A stretch of 32,000 nucleotides of DNA from Candidatus Saccharimonadota bacterium (GCA_016700375.1 CP065016.1:810001-842000), one strand, 5' to 3'; positions 6,921 through 15,853 are shown, counted from the stretch's first letter. Made by a program: numbers and translations. Notes: a model not told the origin generated them from the sequence alone.

Positions 6921-8846
6921 ATGGGTTTCGGCAAGAAAAAACCAGCATTAGACCCCATTGCCCTTGCGCAAGCCCAGCAAGCCAAAGAACAGGCCGAGGT
7001 AAATGAAGCCTTTCGTAGAGGCATTACGGCGCTGCGAGATTTTATTGCACCCAGTAGTATTGAGTTTTTTAGTACCTACTTCCAGATTGGCACCCGCCTT
7101 GCGCGCACCTATTACGTTTACGGCTACCCGAGACAGATTTACACAGGCTGGTTAAGCGGATTGGTTAACCTCGACGAGGTGATGGATCTTTCCATTTATG
7201 TATACCCCGTGGAAAGTCAGGTTGTGCTTGAAAACCTCCGCAAGAAAGTCACTCAACTCGAAGCCGGTCTCCAAATTGATTCCGAGAAAGGTCGGGTGCG
7301 TGACCCTGCCAAACAGGCACAAATTCTGGATGCAGAAGAAATGCGCGACAAGCTTCAGGTGGGGGAGGAGCGATTCTTTCGATTTGGTTTGTACTTTACC
7401 ATATACGCAGCAAGCCAAGATGAACTGGAGTTTGTCAGCCACAAGGTCGAGAGTATGCTCGGCCAGCAACTGGTGTATAGTAAGGCGGCAACCTCCCAGC
7501 AAGAACAGGGACTTAATAGCGTCGTACCGCAGATGGTTGACCAGTTACAAATACGTCGGAACATGAGTACGGGGGCAATTAGCACCAGTTTTCCGTTCAC
7601 AAGCGCCGACCTTAGTCAAGACAACGGCATTCTATATGGCATAAATATGCACAATAGCGGCCTCGTTATTTTCGACCGGTTCAGTCTCGAAAACGGCAAT
7701 TCTGTTGTGTTTGCAAAGTCCGGCGCAGGGAAAAGCTTTACAGTTAAGCTCGAGGCGCTGCGTAGCCTCATGTTTGGCACCGAAATCTTTATCGTTGACC
7801 CCGAAAACGAGTACGAACGCATGTGTGACGCTGTTGCGGGCGCGTACGTTCGCCTGAGCCTTAATTCTACAACACGAATTAACCCGTTCGACCTACCCCA
7901 GGTAGTGGATGGTGAGGAGGCAGACAATGCCCTCCGCTCAAACCTCATCACACTCCACGGACTCTTGCGCCTCATGATGGGTGGCGCTCAAGCCCAATTA
8001 CTTGGGGGCAACGGAGCGCTCGCTCCAGCACTGTCTCCTACAGAAGAGGCGGACCTCGACGCGGCACTTATAGACACCTACGCGAAGGCTGGTATTACAC
8101 AAGACCCCCTGACGCATTCTTCGGTGCCACCAACCATCGCTGACCTGTATGATACATTGCTTCATATGGGCGGTACCGGCCCCCAGCTTGCACAGCGACT
8201 CCGCAAATATACAAGCGGTACCTTCGCGGGCATCTTTAGCCAGCAGAGCAACATCAATATCAACAATCCATTGGTGGTCTTCAACATTCGCGACCTCGAA
8301 GACGAACTGCGACCAGTTGCTATGTACATTGTCCTAAACTACATCTGGAACAAAACGAAGAGCGACCAGAAGAAACGCATTCTTATTGTCGACGAGGCGT
8401 GGCAGCTGATGAAATACGAAGACAGTGCCAACTTCCTGTTTAGTCTTGCCAAACGAGCACGAAAGTACAATCTCGGCATCACCACTATCACGCAGGACGT
8501 CGAAGACTTCATGGGCTCCAGAATGGGGCGCGCCATTGTCGCAAACGCCAGCATGCAAATCCTCCTCAAACAATCAAGCAGCGCAGTAGATGTCCTTAGT
8601 GATGTGTTCAAACTAACCGACGAGGAAAAGAAGCGCCTTGGACAATTCCCGGTCGGCCAGGGGCTATTCTTCGCCGGCCAAAACCATGTGCATATACAGG
8701 TGGTAGCAAGCCCTACGGAAACAGGCCTCATTACAACGAATCCTCAACAAGTCCAAGCCATGAAGCAGGGCGACATGAGTCAGGCAAGCGGAACTATAGA
8801 TCTTGAAAACCAATTGTACCCTGGGAGTACAAATAATTTGTCATAG
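6921..8846 (+). CDS. virB4: VirB4/TraE-family T4SS ATPase
   Basis: 641 aa. N-domain motif FIAPSSIEFFSTYFQIGTRLARTYYVYGYPRQIYTGWLSGL. Walker A is FAKSGAGKSFT and Walker B is KRILIVDEAWQL. The sequence TTITQDVEDF lies downstream. An SD (AGAGGAG) lies 11 nt upstream of the ATG. Confidence 0.85.
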   Translation: MGFGKKKPALDPIALAQAQQAKEQAEVNEAFRRGITALRDFIAPSSIEFFSTYFQIGTRLARTYYVYGYPRQIYTGWLSGLVNLDEVMDLSIYVYPVESQVVLENLRKKVTQLEAGLQIDSEKGRVRDPAKQAQILDAEEMRDKLQVGEERFFRFGLYFTIYAASQDELEFVSHKVESMLGQQLVYSKAATSQQEQGLNSVVPQMVDQLQIRRNMSTGAISTSFPFTSADLSQDNGILYGINMHNSGLVIFDRFSLENGNSVVFAKSGAGKSFTVKLEALRSLMFGTEIFIVDPENEYERMCDAVAGAYVRLSLNSTTRINPFDLPQVVDGEEADNALRSNLITLHGLLRLMMGGAQAQLLGGNGALAPALSPTEEADLDAALIDTYAKAGITQDPLTHSSVPPTIADLYDTLLHMGGTGPQLAQRLRKYTSGTFAGIFSQQSNININNPLVVFNIRDLEDELRPVAMYIVLNYIWNKTKSDQKKRILIVDEAWQLMKYEDSANFLFSLAKRARKYNLGITTITQDVEDFMGSRMGRAIVANASMQILLKQSSSAVDVLSDVFKLTDEEKKRLGQFPVGQGLFFAGQNHVHIQVVASPTETGLITTNPQQVQAMKQGDMSQASGTIDLENQLYPGSTNNLS

Positions 8847-8848
8847 TC

Positions 8849-11800
8849 ATGGCACGAGACGAAGACCGCCAATACAAACCAAAGAGCCTGCAGACACTAG
8901 ACAATCAAGACATGTCCCCGCAGCAACTTGAGGACCTCTACAACGCTCCGGCCGCTGACGACCTTGAGCGCAATTTTGCCATGCCTTCAGCGACACAGTC
9001 AGGGTCGGACATTGCAGACGAAAATGCCATCGATGACCTAGAAGACTCTTTTAATGGTCCCGATGCCAAAGAGTCTGGGTCGGCTAAGCTTGATTCTGCA
9101 AAAAATCTATCCGAAAAGGAGAGTCAGGGCGCGGATAAGCTAAATTACACCGGTACCGAAGCGGACGAGAAAGAAGCGTTGGACAAGAAAGACAAAAAAT
9201 CGAAACTAAAAAAATCATTTCTTTCGCGGCGAAAAAAGGCAATGATGTTTGGTGGTTTTGGGGCGTTACTTGGAGGAGGTGGGATACTTGGTTTTTCAAT
9301 GTTTCTGACACTCCAGTTTATACACATACCCCTAAACGTTCACGATGCATATAACGCTATCTCTAGGCGGGCTGTCGAAAAAATGGGTGACAATATATTC
9401 CATTATTATGTTGTGAAATATTTAGTACCCGGTATGGTAAAGAATGGCTGCACTACGACGCGCCGTACCAAGTCCTGCGCAGACGTAAGCGGAAAAACAA
9501 ACATAGTTACTGCCAACTTCCGGGCTTGGCGCGACGCTAACATAGAAGGAAAACTCGCTGAAAAGGGTATCGAGATCCGGCTTGAAGCAACCTCGAAAGG
9601 AAACAAAGTGTTCTTGACTACGCCCGAAATTCGAGAAGGTGTCGAGCTTGGAACCTACACGGGAAAATCTCGTGATTTCGAAGATAAGGCATTTGCACAA
9701 CTTCGTGGAAAAAAAGAGATTCACCGCGAGTTAAGCCGAACCATGTCCGCCCTGACCCTGAGAGATAGAATGTACATAAGGTTTATAGGCATGCCTTTGA
9801 TTGACCGTAAGTATTCTCCCCGATATTGTATCGTCGCATGTGAAACAAGAAAGAAAATAAAAGCAACAAAGACCGAGCTCCTCTCTATAGCGAAGGGTCG
9901 TTTTATTGAACGAGTTATTACCCCCTTAAATACCTCTATCGGTCTCTCTTTAGAGTGCGCGCTCGATGGTTTCACGTGTGGCGACCTTGACAGCTCGGAA
10001 AGCACGGGAGAGAGGAGAACGAAATACCAAAAAGATCTTCAGTTAAGACTTGTGGATTTACAATCAAAATACGGTAAGGCTTCTATAGAAGAACTGAACA
10101 AGCAGGCCGATGAGATTCGCTCGAAGGGGGCAGTGGAATACCTCATAAAACAAATTGCGGGAGAGACCACCGCCAAAATAGCCGTGAAAGTAATTCCAGT
10201 AGTTGGGTGGATTGACCTTGGTGCTAGCTTGATTTCCGGCGCCCAAAAAGCAGCACCCACTATACTACACATGAACTACGTTATGAATGAGACGGCAATG
10301 GTTGGTACCGCTACAATGGCGCTAACTTATGCGAGCGAGCTGATGAGCGGATCCGCCGACCCCGCCACCCTCAATTCCTTTTCTCTTCTGTATGGAGCCG
10401 ACGCATCGCGTGACCAGGGGGGAGGAAGCGCTCAAAGCAGCCCTTTATATGGCGCAATCATGGGCGGGGGTACCCAAAAACCGGTAGCCTCTCTTTTCCC
10501 CAGGGCATACGCAGAAAGCACCGCGACGAATGCCATGTGTGACGATGGCGAAGGGTATCCAGCAGGCGCACTTATTTGTCCGAATGTGGCAATCGGATCC
10601 CCCACTGGTACTCTTGCCTTTGTTACCAAGGTTGCTGTAGATGGAATTACAAACAACCCCTTTCTCGCATTTCCGGGTTTCGTCGCAAACGTATGGGTTA
10701 ATATTAGGGACGGGATACTGAGTATTTTTTCTTTCATTGAAGAGCCTCTCTCTAAGCTTGTTGCGGCAATTACACCCCAGCAACTTACTGAAGTGCTAGA
10801 GTGGCTAAAAAACGAAGTGTTTGCAAAAATATTTGTCCTTGCCTCTACCCCAAACCAAAGCGGTGCACGGTATTTTGAGACAATGGTTGGCGGAATTAAC
10901 ATACTCACAAACTACACACGCCACTTTGGCCTCGGAGGAAAGGTTTTAAACTCAACACAAGTCAAGGCCTTATATAAGGCGGATGCCGAACAAAAACATT
11001 ATGAATATTCTAAACTACCCTTGTATGCCAGGATGTTCAGCAAAGAGAACAGTAATTCTCTTGTGTCAAAAATAGCTATGAGCATCCCTAGTGGCTCTGG
11101 CGCGGCACAAAGTGGCCTAATTGCGTCCACATTAAACCCTTTACGTTCTTTAGCTAGTTCTATTGATGCGGTTACTTCTAGAGACGCTTCTGCGGCTGCA
11201 AAGTTGCCCGAAAAAGACCCATTTGGTATAACCCAATATGGTTACGCCGAGGATGACTCAATATTTATTGCTGACCCAGAAGCCTACTGGGAGTCGGCAA
11301 AGTGTGATGACCCCAATACTACTGTTACGTGGGGGAACTCAACGACGCGCATAAATGACATAAGTCAACTCCCCGAACACGACCAAACTAATCCATGCCT
11401 CTTGATCCGTGCTTCAGTCGCGACCAATGGCGGTCTGTATGATAAAAGCCTTCTCCCCAGTCCGCCCGCGACAAATACCGCTGTTACACTCGGAGGGGAG
11501 CTTGGTACTGTTGGGAACTTTACATTCCCGCTAAAAACCACTCAAACCAGAATCAAGACGGCGCAATATCAGGATGCAACCTATAAGCTGACTAAGTGGG
11601 CTTGGTGTTACACCAGTCAAACAAATTGTCACCACGACTATCCCGCAGCAGATATATTTGACAACCCAGGCACAGAGGTCGTGGCTGCCGTAGGGGGTAC
11701 CGTAGTAAGATATAGACCAAAGCCATCGTGTTCCCCAGAGCGTGGGGGGTCTCCCAGTATACAAATTAAGGGTGATGACGGCAATTACTATTTTTATACT

Positions 11801-12010
11801 CATTTTCGAGGAGGCTCATTATTACAAAGCCAGGAGGGTGCTCGTATAGACCAGGGCCAAACCTTGGGTGTTATAGGTGAACCAGCCTGTGCACAGGGCA
11901 CGCAACCACACGTTCACTTCCAGGCATACTCAAGCCCAATAACGGGTAATCCTACTTCTTCAAACGTGCAACCAATCCTCATAAAGGCGTTCGGGGCGTT
12001 GCCGCAATGA
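8849..12010 (+). CDS. Large membrane-anchored cell-wall hydrolase with a C-terminal M23 (LytM-type) metallopeptidase domain; VirB1/PrgK-type functional analogue
   Basis: 1053 aa with an acidic, disordered N-terminus of about 125 aa. A K-rich stretch and one TM follow (RRKKAMMFGGFGALLGGGGILGFSMFLTLQFI). The C-terminal M23 motifs are HHDYPAADI, YTHF and QPHVHFQ. The start lies 2 nt after the VirB4 stop. Confidence 0.7.
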   Translation: MARDEDRQYKPKSLQTLDNQDMSPQQLEDLYNAPAADDLERNFAMPSATQSGSDIADENAIDDLEDSFNGPDAKESGSAKLDSAKNLSEKESQGADKLNYTGTEADEKEALDKKDKKSKLKKSFLSRRKKAMMFGGFGALLGGGGILGFSMFLTLQFIHIPLNVHDAYNAISRRAVEKMGDNIFHYYVVKYLVPGMVKNGCTTTRRTKSCADVSGKTNIVTANFRAWRDANIEGKLAEKGIEIRLEATSKGNKVFLTTPEIREGVELGTYTGKSRDFEDKAFAQLRGKKEIHRELSRTMSALTLRDRMYIRFIGMPLIDRKYSPRYCIVACETRKKIKATKTELLSIAKGRFIERVITPLNTSIGLSLECALDGFTCGDLDSSESTGERRTKYQKDLQLRLVDLQSKYGKASIEELNKQADEIRSKGAVEYLIKQIAGETTAKIAVKVIPVVGWIDLGASLISGAQKAAPTILHMNYVMNETAMVGTATMALTYASELMSGSADPATLNSFSLLYGADASRDQGGGSAQSSPLYGAIMGGGTQKPVASLFPRAYAESTATNAMCDDGEGYPAGALICPNVAIGSPTGTLAFVTKVAVDGITNNPFLAFPGFVANVWVNIRDGILSIFSFIEEPLSKLVAAITPQQLTEVLEWLKNEVFAKIFVLASTPNQSGARYFETMVGGINILTNYTRHFGLGGKVLNSTQVKALYKADAEQKHYEYSKLPLYARMFSKENSNSLVSKIAMSIPSGSGAAQSGLIASTLNPLRSLASSIDAVTSRDASAAAKLPEKDPFGITQYGYAEDDSIFIADPEAYWESAKCDDPNTTVTWGNSTTRINDISQLPEHDQTNPCLLIRASVATNGGLYDKSLLPSPPATNTAVTLGGELGTVGNFTFPLKTTQTRIKTAQYQDATYKLTKWAWCYTSQTNCHHDYPAADIFDNPGTEVVAAVGGTVVRYRPKPSCSPERGGSPSIQIKGDDGNYYFYTHFRGGSLLQSQEGARIDQGQTLGVIGEPACAQGTQPHVHFQAYSSPITGNPTSSNVQPILIKAFGALPQ

Positions 12011-13275
12011 GGTCAATATACAGCAACCGCATAAAAAGCACCCTGACCATATTTGGATCGTTGATGGTACTCGGCAACGCTGTTATCGCCACCGCCGAAC
12101 CACTTGATGGTGACGCTCTTGATATGGTTTTGATTGGTAGTGTATGGTATGAAAAAAACCAGGCACTCCTAGGCTGCCTTGCGGGTGGTGCCAACATACC
12201 AAATGGGACAAGCGAACAAAACGGGAAGGCTATTTTTGATTATCTTACACAACCAGGACGGCTAACGCCCGTACAGGCCTCGGGAGTCATCGGTAATATG
12301 ATGGTAGAGTCAGGATTACTACCACAAAGAAAACAGGGTACGCAACCAAGTCAGATAACAACCGCGGAGGAGTTTCTTGCTAGTGGCTCTGGTGTGGGGT
12401 GGGGGCTGGTGCAGTGGACCCCTGGTTCGAAGTTTATTAACTCTATCGATCCTCAAACCAAAACTGCTGCTCATACCGTTGCGGAGGCAAACAATCTTGG
12501 CGTGCAGATAGCCTTCGTCTGGAGTCAGCTCGAGGGTAAAACTTCGATACCGGAAAAGGGGGCAGGGGATGATTTAAAACAACAAACCGACTTACGTGAA
12601 GCTGTTCTCGCATTCCAAGGGAATAAATTAGCAGGAGGGAAGTACATAGGATATGAACGGCCACTTGACCAGTCTGGCACTGTCAGTGCCCGCCTTTCCT
12701 ACGCAATAGATGCGCTGAAAAAATATGGTTCAATCCCATCTACTAGCCCGTCCCCTGACTCAAGTTGTGGGGGTGGTGGGGGTTCGAGCGCTTTCCTAAA
12801 CGGGAACTACAGCCTACCTGTTAAGAAAAAGTGGTTTGACCAACACCCAGAGTGGTTTTCAAAAGCGCACCACGACTACCCCGCCGCTGATATACCCGTT
12901 CCTTTAGGGGAAGAGGTCTATGCTGTAGCAGGCGGGAAAATTACATCGGCACCCGCTGGCACAGCCACAGGTGGTCTTGGTTATGGTGTTATAATCGACG
13001 TTGGGGGAGGGGTAACAATGCAGTATGGGCATGGTAGCGACGGTGGCTCAGTTCCTGGGGCAAAACAAGGGGACACGGTTAAAGCAGGTCAGCTAATAAT
13101 GCACTCGGCAAGTACGGGGCATTCAACCGGTCCACATCTTCATCTTGGTATCAGAGTTAATGGTAAAGCGGTCTGTCCCCAAACCCTCCTGATGGCCATT
13201 GGGAGTGGCGCTAGCATACCAGATATTAAACAGCTGCCCACAGTCGGCTGTACATACGTCTGGGGGAAAAAGTAA
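12007..13275 (+). CDS. Secreted bifunctional peptidoglycan hydrolase: phage-tail-lysozyme-like N-domain plus M23 peptidase C-domain
   Basis: 422 aa with a signal/anchor (TLTIFGSLMVLGNAVIATA). The N-domain carries TPVQASGVIGNMMVESGLLP...GWGLVQWTPGSKF, the signature of phage tail-tip/ICE lysozyme domains. A G-rich linker (CGGGGGSS) follows. The M23 motifs are HHDYPAADI...GHSTGPHLHLGIRVNG. An ATGA overlap with the upstream gene lies at 12007-12010. Confidence 0.7.
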   Translation: MRSIYSNRIKSTLTIFGSLMVLGNAVIATAEPLDGDALDMVLIGSVWYEKNQALLGCLAGGANIPNGTSEQNGKAIFDYLTQPGRLTPVQASGVIGNMMVESGLLPQRKQGTQPSQITTAEEFLASGSGVGWGLVQWTPGSKFINSIDPQTKTAAHTVAEANNLGVQIAFVWSQLEGKTSIPEKGAGDDLKQQTDLREAVLAFQGNKLAGGKYIGYERPLDQSGTVSARLSYAIDALKKYGSIPSTSPSPDSSCGGGGGSSAFLNGNYSLPVKKKWFDQHPEWFSKAHHDYPAADIPVPLGEEVYAVAGGKITSAPAGTATGGLGYGVIIDVGGGVTMQYGHGSDGGSVPGAKQGDTVKAGQLIMHSASTGHSTGPHLHLGIRVNGKAVCPQTLLMAIGSGASIPDIKQLPTVGCTYVWGKK

Positions 13276-14777
13276 TGCGGCAAAAACAACAAATACAGCT
13301 ATTGGCCGTTGGCATATTCGCTTGTTTGTTGTTTATGTGTATGTCTTGGGCCTGGGGACACTCATATGTGTACATTGTGAATGTGTCGGGAGGTATGCGA
13401 ACATACAAAATCATTGGGGAGTCTGGGGCAACCACCTCCTTCAATTCATCGGACAAGATCATAAAGAGGGTCGTCAAGAACGACACATACCAGGTTGTGG
13501 TTCAGCAAGGTGCGAAGAACTTCTTTGCTATACAAAAGACTAGGGGTTTGTTGAGGACCACATCTATAAATGTATCGCTTGTTGCAGAAAAATCACGAAG
13601 TTTTGTTGGCAATAATCCATCCCCCTGCTCCTTCTATAATGGTGACGCGATGTTTTCTGCATCCTGCGATGACTCTGCGTACAGAATAGAGAAGCACTTG
13701 CCTGCATCTGGCTACACACCTTCTTATAGTTCATTATTGCCCACAAATAGTCTATTTGGGGATTTGGGCGGTGTTGCAATAACAAAATCGGGTGATGCTG
13801 TTGCTTTACTAAAAGATACTGAGGGTGTGGCGGGCTACTCACTGCAAAGAATTTCTCCGGAGTTAGTTGGTGCTGACCGTGTACGGATTGGTGCCCTTGA
13901 TCCAAGCTATAGGTATGAGATGCGTCCTTATATGTCTGGTGTTCTGGTTTATGAAAGTACAAGGGCAGATTATTTCTATATCAATCCAGAAACCATGTCT
14001 TCCATCCGCCTCCGACCCGAGCCGCCCCACACTACTGGTCTCAGTCCAGCCAGTGTCCGTACACACAAAGACGATATTGCAATCTTATATACCGACACTA
14101 CGGCGACTGAGAGCTTAAATCCAGAGAATGACATGACGGCTACAAAAGACCTCCCTGGCACATCCGAGGTTATCATATACGCCAATAATAAACAAAGGCA
14201 TATCGTTTTGCCTAAAATATTCTCGACGGCAATAACCTGTGCACAGTATCGACTTTGTGCAATAAATTCGGTCGGCATGACGGTGTATGATGTCAAGGGT
14301 TCGGAACCAAAACAACTCTATACAATTCCTGGGATAGTCGACGTATTTGAAACCTCGTCGTCAAGCCTTCGTATAGTTTCCTCACTTGGTATTATGTCTT
14401 ATGATCCGTTGCGTGATTCGGGTTCTTATGATTACACTTTTGGAGATTATCGCCTGTGTGGTTTTTCGCCTGCAGCAAATGATACGTATCTACTTTGCCT
14501 AATTGATACTCGTCAGGAAAAAATTGGACTACTTGTTGAGGAGAGGGAAACAACAGGTGTAGTTCCTATAGACAAGATTGTATTGAATGTATTGCGCTCT
14601 AAAGCCGTTTCGTCTGTGTCTGTATATAAAAATCTTGTTATTGTAACTCCGGAATATTATGACCAAATCTCTGGGCGAGCAATTGATGAGGCTAGTGTTA
14701 AAAAAAACCTAAAGGCTGTTATCGACAAGATGGCGTTCCCTAATGATTATACTGTGGTTAATAGTGCTGAATTGTAA
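13275..14777 (+). CDS. Hypothetical bitopic membrane protein (N-terminal TM, ~470-aa beta-rich ectodomain); last gene of the T4SS operon
   Basis: 500-aa ORF whose start overlaps the upstream stop (TAATG at 13273-13277). The N-terminal TM is LLAVGIFACLLFMCMSWAW. I recognise no family motif. It is visibly more A+T-rich than its neighbours. Confidence 0.6.
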   Translation: MRQKQQIQLLAVGIFACLLFMCMSWAWGHSYVYIVNVSGGMRTYKIIGESGATTSFNSSDKIIKRVVKNDTYQVVVQQGAKNFFAIQKTRGLLRTTSINVSLVAEKSRSFVGNNPSPCSFYNGDAMFSASCDDSAYRIEKHLPASGYTPSYSSLLPTNSLFGDLGGVAITKSGDAVALLKDTEGVAGYSLQRISPELVGADRVRIGALDPSYRYEMRPYMSGVLVYESTRADYFYINPETMSSIRLRPEPPHTTGLSPASVRTHKDDIAILYTDTTATESLNPENDMTATKDLPGTSEVIIYANNKQRHIVLPKIFSTAITCAQYRLCAINSVGMTVYDVKGSEPKQLYTIPGIVDVFETSSSSLRIVSSLGIMSYDPLRDSGSYDYTFGDYRLCGFSPAANDTYLLCLIDTRQEKIGLLVEERETTGVVPIDKIVLNVLRSKAVSSVSVYKNLVIVTPEYYDQISGRAIDEASVKKNLKAVIDKMAFPNDYTVVNSAEL

Positions 14778-15833
14778 CTATTGCGTCCCTGTTGGAAAAA
14801 TTGTGCTGGACGTAAAATGCTTCACTACAATATCCGCATCTGTTGTCGTAAGAAAGGTTTGAAAGTTTTGTAAGTGGCTTGTTAGTGACTGACGACGGGC
14901 GCCGTCGAGCTCACTAAAAACATCGTCCAGCAGCATAAGTGGTTTTTGGTTTCGGGTCCGTTCAAGTATTTGGGCTTCAAGTATTTTTAGCGCCAGTGTT
15001 GCTGTTCTCGATTCGCCGCGTGAGGCGGTTAGGGCGGCCGGCACGTTACCAAACCGTACTATGATGTCATCTCTATGAGGACCAAATGAGGTAAACCCTC
15101 GTGAGGTATCTGAGTGATAATTATCTTCAAGCACCCGCATAAGTTGCGATTCGTAGTCAACCCCCACTAAACGACTCTCGTAGCTAACACCTATCTTTGT
15201 GTCGGTTGCCGCAAGCTGTTTATAGGTGTCCTGTATGTGGGTCGAGAGTTCGTCAACGAGCTCGCGCCGTGCACGGTAAATAACCGCCCCGAGCTCGCTG
15301 AGCCGCAGGTTCCATGGAAAAAACTCTTGTTTCGTTGTGTGTGGTGTTTTTAAGAGTGTGTTTCTCTGGGCGAGCACCCTTTTGTAGTTTTTACGAAACA
15401 CGTTATAGCCAGGTTTTATTTGTTCAAGAATATCGTCTAGGTACATTCTTCTTCCCTCGGGGGGTCCTTGTAGCAGCATGAGGTGATTTGGTTCAAATAG
15501 AACAATTGGTATTTTTTGTTTCTCTGGCAGACGTGAGTATGTTTTGGCGCCCACGGTGTATGTTTTTTGGAGCAGGGCGCCTTTCTTGAGAATAATACTT
15601 CTTTCCTGTGTGCCGTCGACAACACCGTCAATTCTTGACCAATCAGCACCAAATGCCACCAAGTCATTATCTCCAACCCTATATGACCCCGCGCGCGCCA
15701 AGACGAGTAGGGCTTCAAGTAGATTTGTTTTGCCGCTTCCGTTTGGTCCGACAATTATATTTACGCCATCACCAAACTCAAAAGCACTGTCCGCATAAGA
15801 CCGAAAATGTTGCAGCCGAACATTCGATATCAT
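14778..15833 (-). CDS. recF: DNA replication and repair protein RecF
   Basis: The N-terminus, MISNVRLQHFRSYADSAFEFGDGVNIIVGPNGSGKTNLLEAL, contains the Walker A motif. LLDDVFSELD is present at the C-terminal end. The gene sits in the canonical dnaA-dnaN-recF order. Confidence 0.9.
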   Translation of the reverse strand: MISNVRLQHFRSYADSAFEFGDGVNIIVGPNGSGKTNLLEALLVLARAGSYRVGDNDLVAFGADWSRIDGVVDGTQERSIILKKGALLQKTYTVGAKTYSRLPEKQKIPIVLFEPNHLMLLQGPPEGRRMYLDDILEQIKPGYNVFRKNYKRVLAQRNTLLKTPHTTKQEFFPWNLRLSELGAVIYRARRELVDELSTHIQDTYKQLAATDTKIGVSYESRLVGVDYESQLMRVLEDNYHSDTSRGFTSFGPHRDDIIVRFGNVPAALTASRGESRTATLALKILEAQILERTRNQKPLMLLDDVFSELDGARRQSLTSHLQNFQTFLTTTDADIVVKHFTSSTIFPTGTQ

Positions 15834-15839
15834 GCGGTC

Positions 15840-15845
15840 AGTATA
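15840..15845 (-). promoter_or_regulatory. -10 hexamer TATACT 6 nt upstream of the recF ATG (possible leaderless recF transcript)
   Basis: The minus strand reads ggcTATACTgaccgcATG inside the 20-nt dnaN-recF spacer. No SD is present. Confidence 0.35.
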
Positions 15846-15853
15846 GCCTACGC

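Noticed and set aside
1-15000. T4SS locus as an integrative conjugative element or plasmid remnant
   Set aside because: I could recognise no integrase, transposase, relaxase, VirD4, tRNA attachment site or flanking direct repeats. Apart from the last gene, composition matches the housekeeping genes. The left boundary is outside the window, so this is not fully excluded.
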